Shown piece after piece: positions 10,636 to 20,982 of a stretch of 64,000 bases of DNA (position 1 is the stretch's first letter; the number at the start of each line of letters is the position of its first letter). The notes beneath the pieces are model-generated. The model was not told the DNA's origin. It was given only the letters and a program-made list of their open reading frames with translations, and searched no databases. A program made the translations under genes and the position numbers. The DNA comes from Proteiniphilum sp. (GTDB lineage: Bacteria > Bacteroidota > Bacteroidia > Bacteroidales > Dysgonomonadaceae): assembly GCA_036733365.1 (NCBI GenBank), contig DAINAS010000006.1, positions 26,666 through 90,665 on the forward strand. The letters run 5' to 3'.

Positions 10636-10722
10636 AGCAAATAAGTTCTGAAGTAGAGCCATTCAGCCGAAGGCTTTTGGATCACGAAAAAGGTTCATGG
10701 ATTTGGTATGCAGCCAACAACT

Positions 10723-12528
10723 TTAATCAGCATACATCTTTTCTATGAGATCCTGATAGTGCTCAAGGATCACCTTGCGACGCAGTTTAAGGGTGTTGGT
10801 CAGCTCACCCTGTTCCATGCTGAAAGGCTGAGAGAGAAGCGTGATACGTTTGATCTTCTCGTAGGAGGTGAATTGCGACTGAAGCAACTCTAACTGTCCG
10901 AAGACAAAATCGATGATTTCCTCATTTTGCACCAGCTCCTCTACAGAACCGTAGGGGATCTGCCGATCACCGGCATAAATCTTCAGCGCCTCAAAGTTGG
11001 GTACTACCAGTGCACTTACGAACTTGCGCTCATCACCGATAACCGCCACCTGATCAATATACTTGTCTTCGCTGACTCTTGTTTCGATCATCTGCGGAGC
11101 GATGTACTTCCCGTTGGAGGTCTTGTAAAGATCCTTGATCCGCTCAGTGAGGATGATCTCGTTGTTTTCTGTCAACAACCCTGCATCACCGGTCCTGAAG
11201 AAACCATCTTCGGTGAATACTTCCGCCGTGGCTTCCGGCTTGTTGTAATATCCCTTCATCACCGTCCCTCCCTTCACCAGTATCTCGCTGTTCTCACCGA
11301 TTTTCACCTCGATGTCAGGCATCACCTTGCCCACTGTGCCAATCCGGAAACCCTTTGCCGGGAAACAGCTCACGGTCGCGGTGGTCTCGGAGAGGCCATA
11401 TCCGTAGATCAGGTGCACATCGATCGACTGCATGAATCGATTGATGTTATCTGAGAGAGGGGCACCCGCAACCGGGAAGAAATTACCGCGGTCGATGCCT
11501 ACCACCCGCTTGATCAGGTAAAAAATGGTGTAGCGATAGAAGAAAAACTTCAGTCGGTTTGCCAGCGGGGGACGCTTACCCTCGTTGCGGTACTCCAGAT
11601 TGTGACGGCGTCCTGTGGTGACTGCATCCTGGAAGAGCCACTTGAGCACTCCCGATGCATTGTTGATGGTCTCCTGCACCCCGTCATACACCTTCTCCCA
11701 GAAACGGGGGACGTTGCTCATCAGGGTGGGGCGCACTACTTTCAGGTTCTTGCGTATCTCATTGGGATCACGATTGATGGCTACAGCCGTCCCCATGTGC
11801 AGACAGTAATAGGTCCACGCCTTCTCAAAAATGTGTGTCAGCGGAAGAAAGCACATTGAGAGATCCTTGTCCGACATACCGGTGATGCGCTGGTCGTGGA
11901 TCACCATAGCCTTCATGTAGTTGGCATGGGTGAGCATCACCCCCTTGGGTTCACCCGTGGTGCCCGAGGTGTAGATGATGGTTGCCATATCATTATCTCT
12001 GAGCTGTTTGAGACGTGCGTTGACCAGTGCGATGGTCTCAGAGTTATCACCCGTGGCGATGAAATCATCAAAATAAACCGACGTGGTGTCTTCTGCTTTC
12101 TTTACCACCTTCCGGTCGAAGATAACCAACTGCTCCAGGCGGTTGTTCTCCTGCTGTACCTTCCATGCGTTGTTGTATTGAAATTGCTCCCCCACGAAGA
12201 GGATGCGGATGGCTGCATCCCGGACGATATAACTCACCTGTGCAGGTGAAGCGGTGGCATACATGGGCACCATCACCGCCCTGTTGGCGTATGCAGCATA
12301 ATCGGTTATCAGGTACTTCTCCATGTTCTGGGAATAGACACCCAGGTTATCACCAGGATTGACCCCCATCTCAGCCATCGCCTGAGCTGCTTTTTTAATG
12401 GTAGAGGAGAACATTCTCCAAGACATGTCTACCCACTTCCCCTCGGGATCCTGATATTTTAACGCAGTTTTATGCTTGTATTTAAGGGCTTGCCGGTGAA
12501 CGACTTCTCCCAGATGATGATATGTCAT
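10723..12528 (-). CDS. long-chain-fatty-acid--CoA ligase (AMP-forming)
   Basis: YTSGTTGEPKG AMP-binding motif and GYGLSET. Start set at ATG 12528; the ORF-track start at 12552 is a TTG. Confidence 0.8.
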   Translation of the reverse strand: MTYHHLGEVVHRQALKYKHKTALKYQDPEGKWVDMSWRMFSSTIKKAAQAMAEMGVNPGDNLGVYSQNMEKYLITDYAAYANRAVMVPMYATASPAQVSYIVRDAAIRILFVGEQFQYNNAWKVQQENNRLEQLVIFDRKVVKKAEDTTSVYFDDFIATGDNSETIALVNARLKQLRDNDMATIIYTSGTTGEPKGVMLTHANYMKAMVIHDQRITGMSDKDLSMCFLPLTHIFEKAWTYYCLHMGTAVAINRDPNEIRKNLKVVRPTLMSNVPRFWEKVYDGVQETINNASGVLKWLFQDAVTTGRRHNLEYRNEGKRPPLANRLKFFFYRYTIFYLIKRVVGIDRGNFFPVAGAPLSDNINRFMQSIDVHLIYGYGLSETTATVSCFPAKGFRIGTVGKVMPDIEVKIGENSEILVKGGTVMKGYYNKPEATAEVFTEDGFFRTGDAGLLTENNEIILTERIKDLYKTSNGKYIAPQMIETRVSEDKYIDQVAVIGDERKFVSALVVPNFEALKIYAGDRQIPYGSVEELVQNEEIIDFVFGQLELLQSQFTSYEKIKRITLLSQPFSMEQGELTNTLKLRRKVILEHYQDLIEKMYAD

Positions 12529-12719
12529 ATCCTTATGTGTTGGTGTTCTCAAATATACGTTTTTTTCTGAAACATGAACGCAAAACTCTTACTTTTTATG
12601 ATAATCTGCATTGTTCATTTCATTTTTACGTCACGACAGGTTTCTTAACAATCTAAAAACAGGGATCTTAATTAACGACACTTAACGTGATTTGAAGCGA
12701 CGAAATAAAACAATGCATA

Positions 12720-12727
12720 TATCTTTG
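12720..12727 (+). promoter_or_regulatory. -7 box TATCTTTG (DUF4294-like gene; near-leaderless geometry)
   Basis: Exact match ending 7 nt before ATG 12735. Confidence 0.35.
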
Positions 12728-12734
12728 TGATGAA

Positions 12735-13379
12735 ATGAATGCTCGCTACTCCATACTCATCGGTCTTGTTGTTCAGCTGATGCCTTTAAACAGTATCGGC
12801 CAGGATTATTATGCTGCTAACATCAACCCGGAGAATAACGGCCCCGTCTCTACCATCTTCCTGATGCCGAACGTCTACCCGGCAGTGGTCATTGAAGGAG
12901 ACACGGTGGCCTGCATGTGGCTGACCGATTTCGTGAAATACTCTCCGATCCGCTTCCGCAGTAACAAGGATAAGATTGCTTACACCAAGCTGGTACGTGA
13001 TGTCAAGAAAACACTCCCTTATGCCAAGCAAATTGCAGGCATCATCACCGAGACCTATGAATACATGGAGACACTCCCCGACGAAAAGACCCGACAGCAT
13101 CACCTCAACCAGATGGAGAAATATCTGATGGATCAATATACGCCTAAGATGAAGAAGCTGACCCGCTCGCAGGGGCAGCTGCTAATGAAGCTGGTAGACC
13201 GGGAGACCAACTCCTCCTCCTACCACATCATCGATGCCTTTATGGGTAGCTTCAAAGCATGGACCTACAATGTCTTTGCCGGCCTGTTCGGCAACAGCCT
13301 CAAGACCCGTTACAACCCTTATGGGGAGGACCGTGTGACCGAGCGGGTCTGCGTCATGGTGGAACAGGGAAACATTTAA
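12735..13379 (+). CDS. secreted protein, DUF4294-like
   Basis: N-terminal signal-like segment. The family name is recalled from similar Bacteroidales proteins, not verified. Confidence 0.45.
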   Translation: MNARYSILIGLVVQLMPLNSIGQDYYAANINPENNGPVSTIFLMPNVYPAVVIEGDTVACMWLTDFVKYSPIRFRSNKDKIAYTKLVRDVKKTLPYAKQIAGIITETYEYMETLPDEKTRQHHLNQMEKYLMDQYTPKMKKLTRSQGQLLMKLVDRETNSSSYHIIDAFMGSFKAWTYNVFAGLFGNSLKTRYNPYGEDRVTERVCVMVEQGNI

Positions 13380-13468
13380 GCGGCAGCAATCTCCTCTCCT
13401 TCTCCGGTTTACTCCCTCTCTTTTCTGAAAATCAGCCCTCTTGAAAGCAAATGCAAAATAAAATTGCC

Positions 13469-13476
13469 TATCTTTG
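13469..13476 (+). promoter_or_regulatory. -7 box TATCTTTG (SulP-ygiQ)
   Basis: Exact match 21 nt upstream of ATG 13497. Confidence 0.45.
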
Positions 13477-13496
13477 CAGCGATTAATGATTAGGTT

Positions 13497-15221
13497 ATGC
13501 GTTTCAATTTTCTGACTGATTTCCAACCGGTGCTTTTTCAAACCCTGAGAACCTACAACAGGGAGAAGTTCATGGCCGATTTAATGTCCGGTCTCATTGT
13601 GGGTGTGGTGGCATTGCCTCTGGCAATCGCCTTTGGCATAGCTTCAGGAGTAACTCCTGAAAAAGGGATCTACACAGCCATCATCGCCGGTTTCATCATC
13701 TCCTTCCTGGGGGGCAGCAGTGTCCAGATAGGGGGGCCCACCGGTGCCTTTATCGTGATCGTATACGGCATCGTGGAGCAGTACGGTGTACAGGGGCTGG
13801 CCATCGCGACAGTGCTGGCCGGTGCAATGCTTCTGATGATGGGTTTCCTGAAGCTGGGCAGCGTAATCAAATTCATCCCCTATCCCATCGTGGTGGGATT
13901 CACCAGTGGGATCGCCCTCACCATCTTTTCCACACAGATCAAGGATCTCTTCGGTCTTACCACTCCTAAGTTACCCTCAGGCTTTCTGGAAAAGTGGGTG
14001 ATCTACTTCCAGCATTTCGACACGGTGGATGGCTGGACATTGTTGCTCGGTCTGGCCAGTATTGCCATAATCATGTTCACTCCAAAGTTATCGAAGAAGA
14101 TACCAGGATCACTCATCGCCATTGTAGTGATCACAGTGGCTGCCTGGTTGATGAAGCATTACGGCGGCATCAATATAGAAACCATCGGCGACCGGTTCGT
14201 GATCAACAAGCAACTGCCCGCTGTGGAGCAGATAAGCCTAAACCTCGAGACTGTCCGGATGCTCTTCCCTGCAGCCTTCACCATCGCCATACTGGGAGCC
14301 ATCGAGTCGCTTCTCTCGGCCACGGTGGCCGATGGGGTGACAGGAAAAAAGCATAACTCAAACATGGAGCTGGTAGCCCAGGGTGCTGCCAATATTATCG
14401 CCCCCTTTTTCGGGGGAATCCCCGCCACGGGTGCCATTGCCCGTACCATGACCAACATCAACAACGGGGGACGCACCCCGGTGGCAGGGATCATTCATGC
14501 CATTGTATTGTTGCTGATCGTGCTCTTCCTGGGCGATCTGACAAAACATATCCCGATGGCCTGCCTGGCCGGAGTGCTTGTGGTGGTGGCTTATAACATG
14601 AGTGAGTGGCGCACCTTCCGCTCACTCCTGAAACAGTCACGATCGACCCTGGCCATCCTGCTCACCACCTTCCTTTTGACAGTCATCTTCGACCTCACCA
14701 TCGCCATAGAAGTGGGTTTGTTGCTGGCGGTTTTCGCCTTCCTGAAACGGAGCAATGAAAGTACACAGATAAGCCATACCACCGGAAAGATTGACATCAC
14801 CAGAGAAATGGAATCACACGCTGCCGATCGGGAGGAGGAGGTGCTTTACCTGCCTCACAACACAGAAGTGTACGAGATTGATGGCCCCTTCTTTTTCGGT
14901 GTAGCCAACAAATTCGATGAATTGATGCGCGAAACTGGAAGCCATCATCGCATACGCATCATCCGCATGCGCAAGGTACCCTTTATCGATTCCACCGGGT
15001 TGAACAACCTCGAGAACCTCTGCCGCAACTCCCGCAAGGAGAAGATACAGGTAATCCTCTCAGGGGTTAGCGAACCCCTGCGCGCAAGCCTCAACATGTC
15101 AAAAATACCCGCTATGGTAGGAGAGGAAAATATCTGTGCCAACATTCACCTGGCGGTAGCCCGGGCAGAGGTAATCGCCGACGAGTTGACAAAAAAAGAG
15201 AAACATCACGAAAAGAGATGA
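13497..15221 (+). CDS. SulP family inorganic anion transporter with C-terminal STAS domain
   Basis: 574 aa, about 10-12 TM helices, SulP-type N-terminus (DLMSGLIVGVVALPLAIAFG) and a STAS-like tail (IRMRKVPFIDSTGL). Confidence 0.85.
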   Translation: MRFNFLTDFQPVLFQTLRTYNREKFMADLMSGLIVGVVALPLAIAFGIASGVTPEKGIYTAIIAGFIISFLGGSSVQIGGPTGAFIVIVYGIVEQYGVQGLAIATVLAGAMLLMMGFLKLGSVIKFIPYPIVVGFTSGIALTIFSTQIKDLFGLTTPKLPSGFLEKWVIYFQHFDTVDGWTLLLGLASIAIIMFTPKLSKKIPGSLIAIVVITVAAWLMKHYGGINIETIGDRFVINKQLPAVEQISLNLETVRMLFPAAFTIAILGAIESLLSATVADGVTGKKHNSNMELVAQGAANIIAPFFGGIPATGAIARTMTNINNGGRTPVAGIIHAIVLLLIVLFLGDLTKHIPMACLAGVLVVVAYNMSEWRTFRSLLKQSRSTLAILLTTFLLTVIFDLTIAIEVGLLLAVFAFLKRSNESTQISHTTGKIDITREMESHAADREEEVLYLPHNTEVYEIDGPFFFGVANKFDELMRETGSHHRIRIIRMRKVPFIDSTGLNNLENLCRNSRKEKIQVILSGVSEPLRASLNMSKIPAMVGEENICANIHLAVARAEVIADELTKKEKHHEKR

Positions 15222-17056
15222 AAGAGGAGAAAACCCTGCAACTAACCGACTGGCTGCCCACCACCAAAAAAGAGATGCTGCTCCGCGGGTGGGAGGAAGC
15301 TGACGTGATCCTCTTCTCGGGGGATGCTTACGTGGATCATCCCTCCTTCGGCACCGCTGTGATTGGACGGCTGCTGGAGAGCGAGGGGTTGCGGGTGGTC
15401 ATCGTACCTCAGCCAAACTGGCGGGATGACCTGCGCGACTTCAAAAAACTGGGCAAACCTCGTCTCTTCTTTGCCGTGACCGCCGGCGTGATGGACTCGA
15501 TGATCAACCACTACACCGCCAACAAGCGGCTCCGATCGAACGACGCCTACACCCCCGACGGACGCTCCGACATGCGTCCCGACCGGGCAGTAACGGTCTA
15601 CACCCGTATCCTGAAAAAACTCTTTCCAGAAGTACCTGTCGTGCTGGGCGGTGTTGAAGCCTCGTTGAGAAGGGTAACGCACTACGATTACTGGGATGAC
15701 TCCCTGCACAAAACAATCCTGGCAGAGACGGGTGCCGATTTGCTGATCTACGGAATGGGGGAACAACCACTGCGCCAATTGATCGCTGAGCTGAAAAGCG
15801 GAAAGAGCATGAATGAAATAAGGGAGATACCCCAGACAGCTTTCCTCTGTTCAAGTACAAACATACCCCCAAACCCCTTCGAGGAGGAGGTGACGCTCTT
15901 CTCCCACGAGGAATGCCTTCAGGAGAAAATCAACCAGGCTCGCAACTTTAGGGTGGTAGAGGAGCAGTCGAACCGTTTACATGCGGCCCGCATCCTTCAA
16001 GAGGTGAAGGGAGAGATGCTCGTGGTGAACCCACCCTTTCCGCCGATGAGCGAAGCGGAGATCGATGCCTCCTACGACCTCCCCTATACCCGCCTGCCCC
16101 ATCCCAAGTATCGCGAAAAACAGATCCCGGCCTACGAGATGATCAAGTTCTCGGTCAACCTGCATCGAGGCTGTTTCGGCGGCTGTGCTTTCTGCACCAT
16201 CTCTGCCCATCAGGGCAAATTTATCGCATCCAGATCAAAAACATCGGTACTCGAAGAGGTGAAAAGGATTACCCGGATGCCGGGATTCAAGGGATACATC
16301 AGTGACTTGGGAGGACCCTCGGCCAATATGTACCGGATGCAAGGGAAGGATCTCTCCATCTGCGAGAAATGCAAACGCCCCTCCTGTATTTTCCCGAAGG
16401 TATGCTTCAACCTCAACACCAACCACGCACCCCTGCTCGACATCTACCGGTCGGTCGACGCCATCCCCGGTATAAAAAAATCGTTTATCGGCAGTGGAAT
16501 CCGTTACGACATGTTGCTGCAAGAAGGAGTTGATACCACAGATCGCGACTCCGCACAAAGCTACCTGCGGGAGGTGATCACCCGTCATGTGTCGGGGAGA
16601 TTGAAAGTAGCACCCGAGCACACATCAGATGCAACATTGTCGCTGATGCGGAAGCCTTCCTTTAAGCTCTTCCACCGGTTCAAGGCAATCTTTGACGAGC
16701 TGAATCGCAAAGAGGGACTCAACCAACAACTGATTCCCTATTTCATATCCTCCCATCCGGGGTGCAGTGAAGAAGACATGGCCGAACTTGCCGCAATCAC
16801 AAAGGACCTGAATTTTAAGCTGGAACAGGTTCAGGATTTCACCCCCTCACCCATGACCCTTGCCACAGAGATCTACTATACCGGCTTTCATCCCTACACT
16901 CTCAAACCGGTCTACACCGCCATTTCAAAGGAAGAGAAAAATGGACAACGACAGTTCTTCTTTTGGCATGACCGGCGTAATAAGCAACAGATCATCCGCG
17001 CCCTTAAAAAGATGAACCGTCAGGACCTGATTCGCAAACTTTACCCGAACGGTTAA
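15218..17056 (+). CDS. ygiQ: YgiQ family radical SAM protein (UPF0313)
   Basis: CFGGCAFC radical-SAM cluster motif and YgiQ-type N-terminus (DVILFSGDAYVDHPSFG); ATGA overlap with the SulP gene. Confidence 0.85.
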   Translation: MKEEKTLQLTDWLPTTKKEMLLRGWEEADVILFSGDAYVDHPSFGTAVIGRLLESEGLRVVIVPQPNWRDDLRDFKKLGKPRLFFAVTAGVMDSMINHYTANKRLRSNDAYTPDGRSDMRPDRAVTVYTRILKKLFPEVPVVLGGVEASLRRVTHYDYWDDSLHKTILAETGADLLIYGMGEQPLRQLIAELKSGKSMNEIREIPQTAFLCSSTNIPPNPFEEEVTLFSHEECLQEKINQARNFRVVEEQSNRLHAARILQEVKGEMLVVNPPFPPMSEAEIDASYDLPYTRLPHPKYREKQIPAYEMIKFSVNLHRGCFGGCAFCTISAHQGKFIASRSKTSVLEEVKRITRMPGFKGYISDLGGPSANMYRMQGKDLSICEKCKRPSCIFPKVCFNLNTNHAPLLDIYRSVDAIPGIKKSFIGSGIRYDMLLQEGVDTTDRDSAQSYLREVITRHVSGRLKVAPEHTSDATLSLMRKPSFKLFHRFKAIFDELNRKEGLNQQLIPYFISSHPGCSEEDMAELAAITKDLNFKLEQVQDFTPSPMTLATEIYYTGFHPYTLKPVYTAISKEEKNGQRQFFFWHDRRNKQQIIRALKKMNRQDLIRKLYPNG

Positions 17057-17197
17057 TCTTCGGCTGTCTGTGGTTGTAGGATTACGACCCCGGAGGCTTA
17101 TGTTAATCTTTGTTAATTGCTCTTTTTTCTCTCTTTCCGGTGCAACGTTTTTTGCAATTCATTCATCTTCCAATTAGTAATCATCGTGTGATTTCAT

Positions 17198-17932
17198 ATG
17201 AGGAAAACGCTTTTGACATTTGCTTTAGTGTCGGCCGGTATCTTACTGGCAATGGTTTCATGTGACGACAATTCTCATTCACTTGGAAGTTTCGGAATCG
17301 ACATAGCAACCGTGAGCCCTGAAGGAGAAGATGCATACTCATTGTTGTTGGACAATGGCAAAAGGCTTTGGCCTGCCGCCAGTGCAGTACCCTACAATCC
17401 CACCTTCAACCAGAGAGTATTTCTGAACTACACCATCCTCTCTGATGCACAAAGCGGTTACGATCATTACATCAAGGTGAATGACATATGGAACATTCTT
17501 ACCAAAGATGTAATTGAACTGAACGCTGAGAATGCTGACAGCATCGGCAATGACCCGGTGAAGTCAAATGCGGTATGGGTAGGGGGTGATTATCTTAACG
17601 TCTCTTTCATGTTCAATTATGGTGGGGTGAAACCTCATGCCATCAACCTTGTAAAAAACAATGCCTCGGCAGTATCATCGGATGACCCTATCAATCTGGA
17701 ATTCCGTCACAACGCTTACCAGAGCGATCGGACAAAACTTTTCGAAGGGTTTGTCTGCTTCGACCTGAAACCACTGAGAAGCAGTACTGCAGATTCGGTT
17801 ATGTTGTCCGTGAAAGTAAAAGAATGGGATAAAGATGTCACATATGATGTGATTTACAGGTACAACGAGGCTTCGGTCAACACACGCACCGAGATCCCGA
17901 TACCCGTAATCTCATCAGATGAATACTATTAA
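17198..17932 (+). CDS. lipoprotein, NigD-like
   Basis: Lipoprotein signal peptide ending in SC (LLAMVSCDDN). Pattern GxFGIDIATV ... IKVNDIWNILTKDV resembles the NigD-like family (recalled). Confidence 0.5.
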   Translation: MRKTLLTFALVSAGILLAMVSCDDNSHSLGSFGIDIATVSPEGEDAYSLLLDNGKRLWPAASAVPYNPTFNQRVFLNYTILSDAQSGYDHYIKVNDIWNILTKDVIELNAENADSIGNDPVKSNAVWVGGDYLNVSFMFNYGGVKPHAINLVKNNASAVSSDDPINLEFRHNAYQSDRTKLFEGFVCFDLKPLRSSTADSVMLSVKVKEWDKDVTYDVIYRYNEASVNTRTEIPIPVISSDEYY

Positions 17933-17993
17933 ATATAAAAAAACCACAAGACAATAGTTCTATTTCTTATATGACTTTTTGATTTTCCAAAAA

Positions 17994-18023
17994 CCGGCCG
18001 GACACTGTGAAGCGTCCGGTCGG
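17994..18023 (+). terminator. hairpin after the NigD-like gene
   Basis: CCGGCCGGAC / GTCCGGTCGG 10-bp stem (one G.U) with a 10-nt loop and no clear U-tract. Confidence 0.4.
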
Positions 18024-18178
18024 TTGCTATTTGGAGCGTTGCAATAGCCACCCCCACATCAATAAGATTTCATCTGATGTGTTGCACAACATATCGGATC
18101 ATTTTTTTTGTTGCAAGTTTGATTCTATTTTTACAGTCGGTTAGCACAGTACAGCACAGTACTATAAACCGGAATAAG

Positions 18179-19162
18179 ATGAACCTGCAATTTACCAACA
18201 GAAACTCGAAAGTACAACAGCTAGTAGATTATATCCAAAATTTAATCGCTTCCAGTGAATTGAATTATGGAGATAGGCTTCCCTCCATCAACCAGTTGAG
18301 CAAAGATTTTCACATTTCACGCGACACAGTTTTCAAGGCATTTTCTGATTTAAAAAATAGGGGGATTATAGAATCAGTACATGGTAAAAACTATTATGTC
18401 TCGTCTGTCAACAGGAACATCCTTTTGCTTCTGGATGAATATTCTCCATTCAAGGAGGTACTTTATAACACACTTCGCAATAATCTTCCGGACAACTACC
18501 AAATCGATCTCTGGTTTCACCAATACAACGAACAGCTCTTCAATCAGATCATCGACGATGCAGCAGGCATGTACAACCATTACATTGTCATGAACTACCA
18601 CAATGAGAATTTTGCGGATTCATTGGGAAAACTCGACAAGAAGAGATTACTTCTGCTCGATTTTGGGAAATTTGCCAAAGATGATTTCTCCTATCTCTGT
18701 CAGGATTTCGACGAAGCACTTTACCAAGCGCTGGAAAGTATTAAGGATCGTCTTCGAAACTACCGAAAACTATATTTTGTATTTAACAAGAGTCACAAAC
18801 ATCCCGCCAGTAGCAAAGAGTACTTCAGTAAGTTTTGTATCGACAATGATTTCGACTTTGAGATCCTGGATGAGGTGAATGAAGAGAGTACCATCAGCAC
18901 CAGTTCCTTCTATCTGGTGATCAAACAGGAGGACATCGTGAACATCATCAGGCAGGGACGCAAAGAAAAGCTCCGGATGAAATATGATTATGGGTTGCTG
19001 GCGTACAATGAAAATCCTTTTTATGAAGTGATAGATGTCGGTATCTCCAGCATCAGCATTGACTTTCGTCGCATGGGAGAACTGGCAGCTGCATTTGTGA
19101 CTTCGGGAGAACCAATTCAGACATATTTACCAACGACCATTACAGAACGAAATTCTTATTAA
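18179..19162 (+). CDS. fucR: GntR-type HTH regulator with sugar-binding-like effector domain (FucR-like)
   Basis: [44 protein letters not shown] GntR wHTH. It sits immediately upstream of fucI, as B. thetaiotaomicron fucR does. Start at ATG 18179. Confidence 0.6.
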   Translation: MNLQFTNRNSKVQQLVDYIQNLIASSELNYGDRLPSINQLSKDFHISRDTVFKAFSDLKNRGIIESVHGKNYYVSSVNRNILLLLDEYSPFKEVLYNTLRNNLPDNYQIDLWFHQYNEQLFNQIIDDAAGMYNHYIVMNYHNENFADSLGKLDKKRLLLLDFGKFAKDDFSYLCQDFDEALYQALESIKDRLRNYRKLYFVFNKSHKHPASSKEYFSKFCIDNDFDFEILDEVNEESTISTSSFYLVIKQEDIVNIIRQGRKEKLRMKYDYGLLAYNENPFYEVIDVGISSISIDFRRMGELAAAFVTSGEPIQTYLPTTITERNSY

Positions 19163-19190
19163 CAGAAACAATTATAAATATATATTCTTT

Positions 19191-20960
19191 ATGCATAACT
19201 ATCCAAAAATCGGAATTCGACCGGTAATTGACGGCCGACAGGGAGGTGTCAGGGAGAGCCTTGAAGATAAAACGATGAACCTGGCCAGGGCGGTATCAGA
19301 TCTCATAAGCAGCCACCTGAAGAATGGTGACGGCAGCCCCGTAGAGTGTGTAATTGCAGATGGCACCATCGGACGTGTGGGTGAGAGCGCCGCCTGTGCA
19401 GAAAAGTTTGAACGCGCAGGTGTAGGTGCAACCATCACAGTCACCTCCTGTTGGTGTTACGGGACTGAGACAATGGACATGAACCCGCATTATCCGAAAG
19501 CAGTATGGGGTTTCAACGGTACCGAGCGACCCGGTGCAGTATACCTTGCTGCGGTGTTGGCTGCACACGCGCAGAAAGGGTTACCCGCTTTTGGCATCTA
19601 CGGGCGTGACATCCAGGACATCAGTGACAACAGCATTCCAGACGATGTACAGGAAAAGCTGCTCCGCTTTGCCCGTGCGGCACAAGCGGTTGCAACCATG
19701 CGCGGCCGCTCCTACCTCTCCATCGGCAGTGTCTCCATGGGTATCGCCGGATCGATGGTTAATCCCGACTTCTTTCAGGAGTACCTGGGCATGCGCAACG
19801 AGTCCGTTGACTCCACCGAGATATTGCGTCGCATGGAAGAAGGCATCTACGACCGGGCTGAATTTGAGAGGGCAATGGCCTGGACGGAAGAAAAGTGCAA
19901 GCCCAATGAGGGCGAGGACTTTAACAGTGAAGCAAAAAAGAGATCGCGCGAGGTGATGGATGCCGACTGGGAGTTTGTGGTGAAGATGACCCTGATCATA
20001 CGCGACCTGATGACCGGCAATCCGAAACTGCGGGAGATGGGGTTCAAGGAGGAAGCTATCGGACACAACGCCATCGCCGCCGGTTTTCAGGGTCAACGAC
20101 AGTGGACCGATTTCCGTCCAAATGGAGATTTCTCAGAAGCGATTCTTAACAGCTCATTCGACTGGAACGGAATCCGCGAAGCATTTGTCGTGGCCACCGA
20201 GAATGATGCACTCAACGGAGTGACGATGCTTTTTGGACACCTCCTCACCAACACGGCGCAACTCTTCTCGGATGTACGCACTTACTGGAGTCCCGAAGCG
20301 GTTAAAAGAGTAACCGGCAAAGAGCTCACCGGGAGGGCTGCAAACGGCATCATTCACCTGATCAACTCAGGCTCCACCACCCTCGATGGTACCGGCAGAC
20401 AACGCCTCAACGGGAAGCCGGCGCTGAAACCACACTGGGAGATCACCCCGCAGGAAACAGATGAGTGCCTTGCGGCTACCACCTGGTATCCTGCCAACCG
20501 TGATTATTTCCGTGGTGGCGGTTACTCCTCCAATTTCCTGTCGGAAGGAGGTATGCCGGTGACCATGTCGAGAGTGAATCTGGTGAAAGGGGTGGGACCC
20601 GTGTTACAGATCGCTGAAGGGTGAACCGTGGAGATTGAAGCTGAGGTGCACAAGATTCTGAATGAGCGTACCGACAAGACCTGGCCCACCACCTGGTTCG
20701 TGCCGCGCCTCACCGACAAGCCCGCCTTCCGGGATGTCTATTCGGTGATGAATAACTGGGGAGCCAATCATGGTGCCATCAGCTACGGCCATATCGGTAA
20801 AGATTTGATTACGCTGGCATCGATGCTGCGCATCCCGGTATGCATGCATAACATTGTTGATGATGATATCTTCAGGCCCTCCGTGTGGAACGCTTTCGGC
20901 ATGGAGAAAGAGGGGGCTGATTACCGTGCTTGCAATAGTTTCGGACCCATCTATCAATAA
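19191..20960 (+). pseudogene. fucI: L-fucose isomerase, full length but interrupted by one in-frame TGA at 20622-20624
   Basis: ORFs 19191-20624 and 20628-20960 are in the same frame. Together they span 589 sense codons plus the internal TGA (E. coli FucI has 591 aa), with [17 protein letters not shown] and WPTTWF motifs. The stop replaces the Trp of the IAEGW motif. Confidence 0.85.
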
Positions 20961-20982
20961 AAACCACAAACACGGGATTGTT

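Noticed and set aside
20622-20624. Alternative genetic code (TGA=Trp or Gly) or selenocysteine as the explanation for the in-frame TGA in fucI
   Set aside because: TGA terminates leuS, tgt, the SulP gene and the ybbR-like gene at their expected lengths in this window. The position corresponds to a Trp rather than a Cys/Sec site, and I did not look for, nor notice, a SECIS-like hairpin immediately downstream.
20854-20982. Upstream extension of the fucU ORF overlapping the fucI 3' end
   Set aside because: The extension is out of frame with fucI and unlike FucU. The canonical FucU N-terminus MLKKIPKILSPLL begins at 20983.
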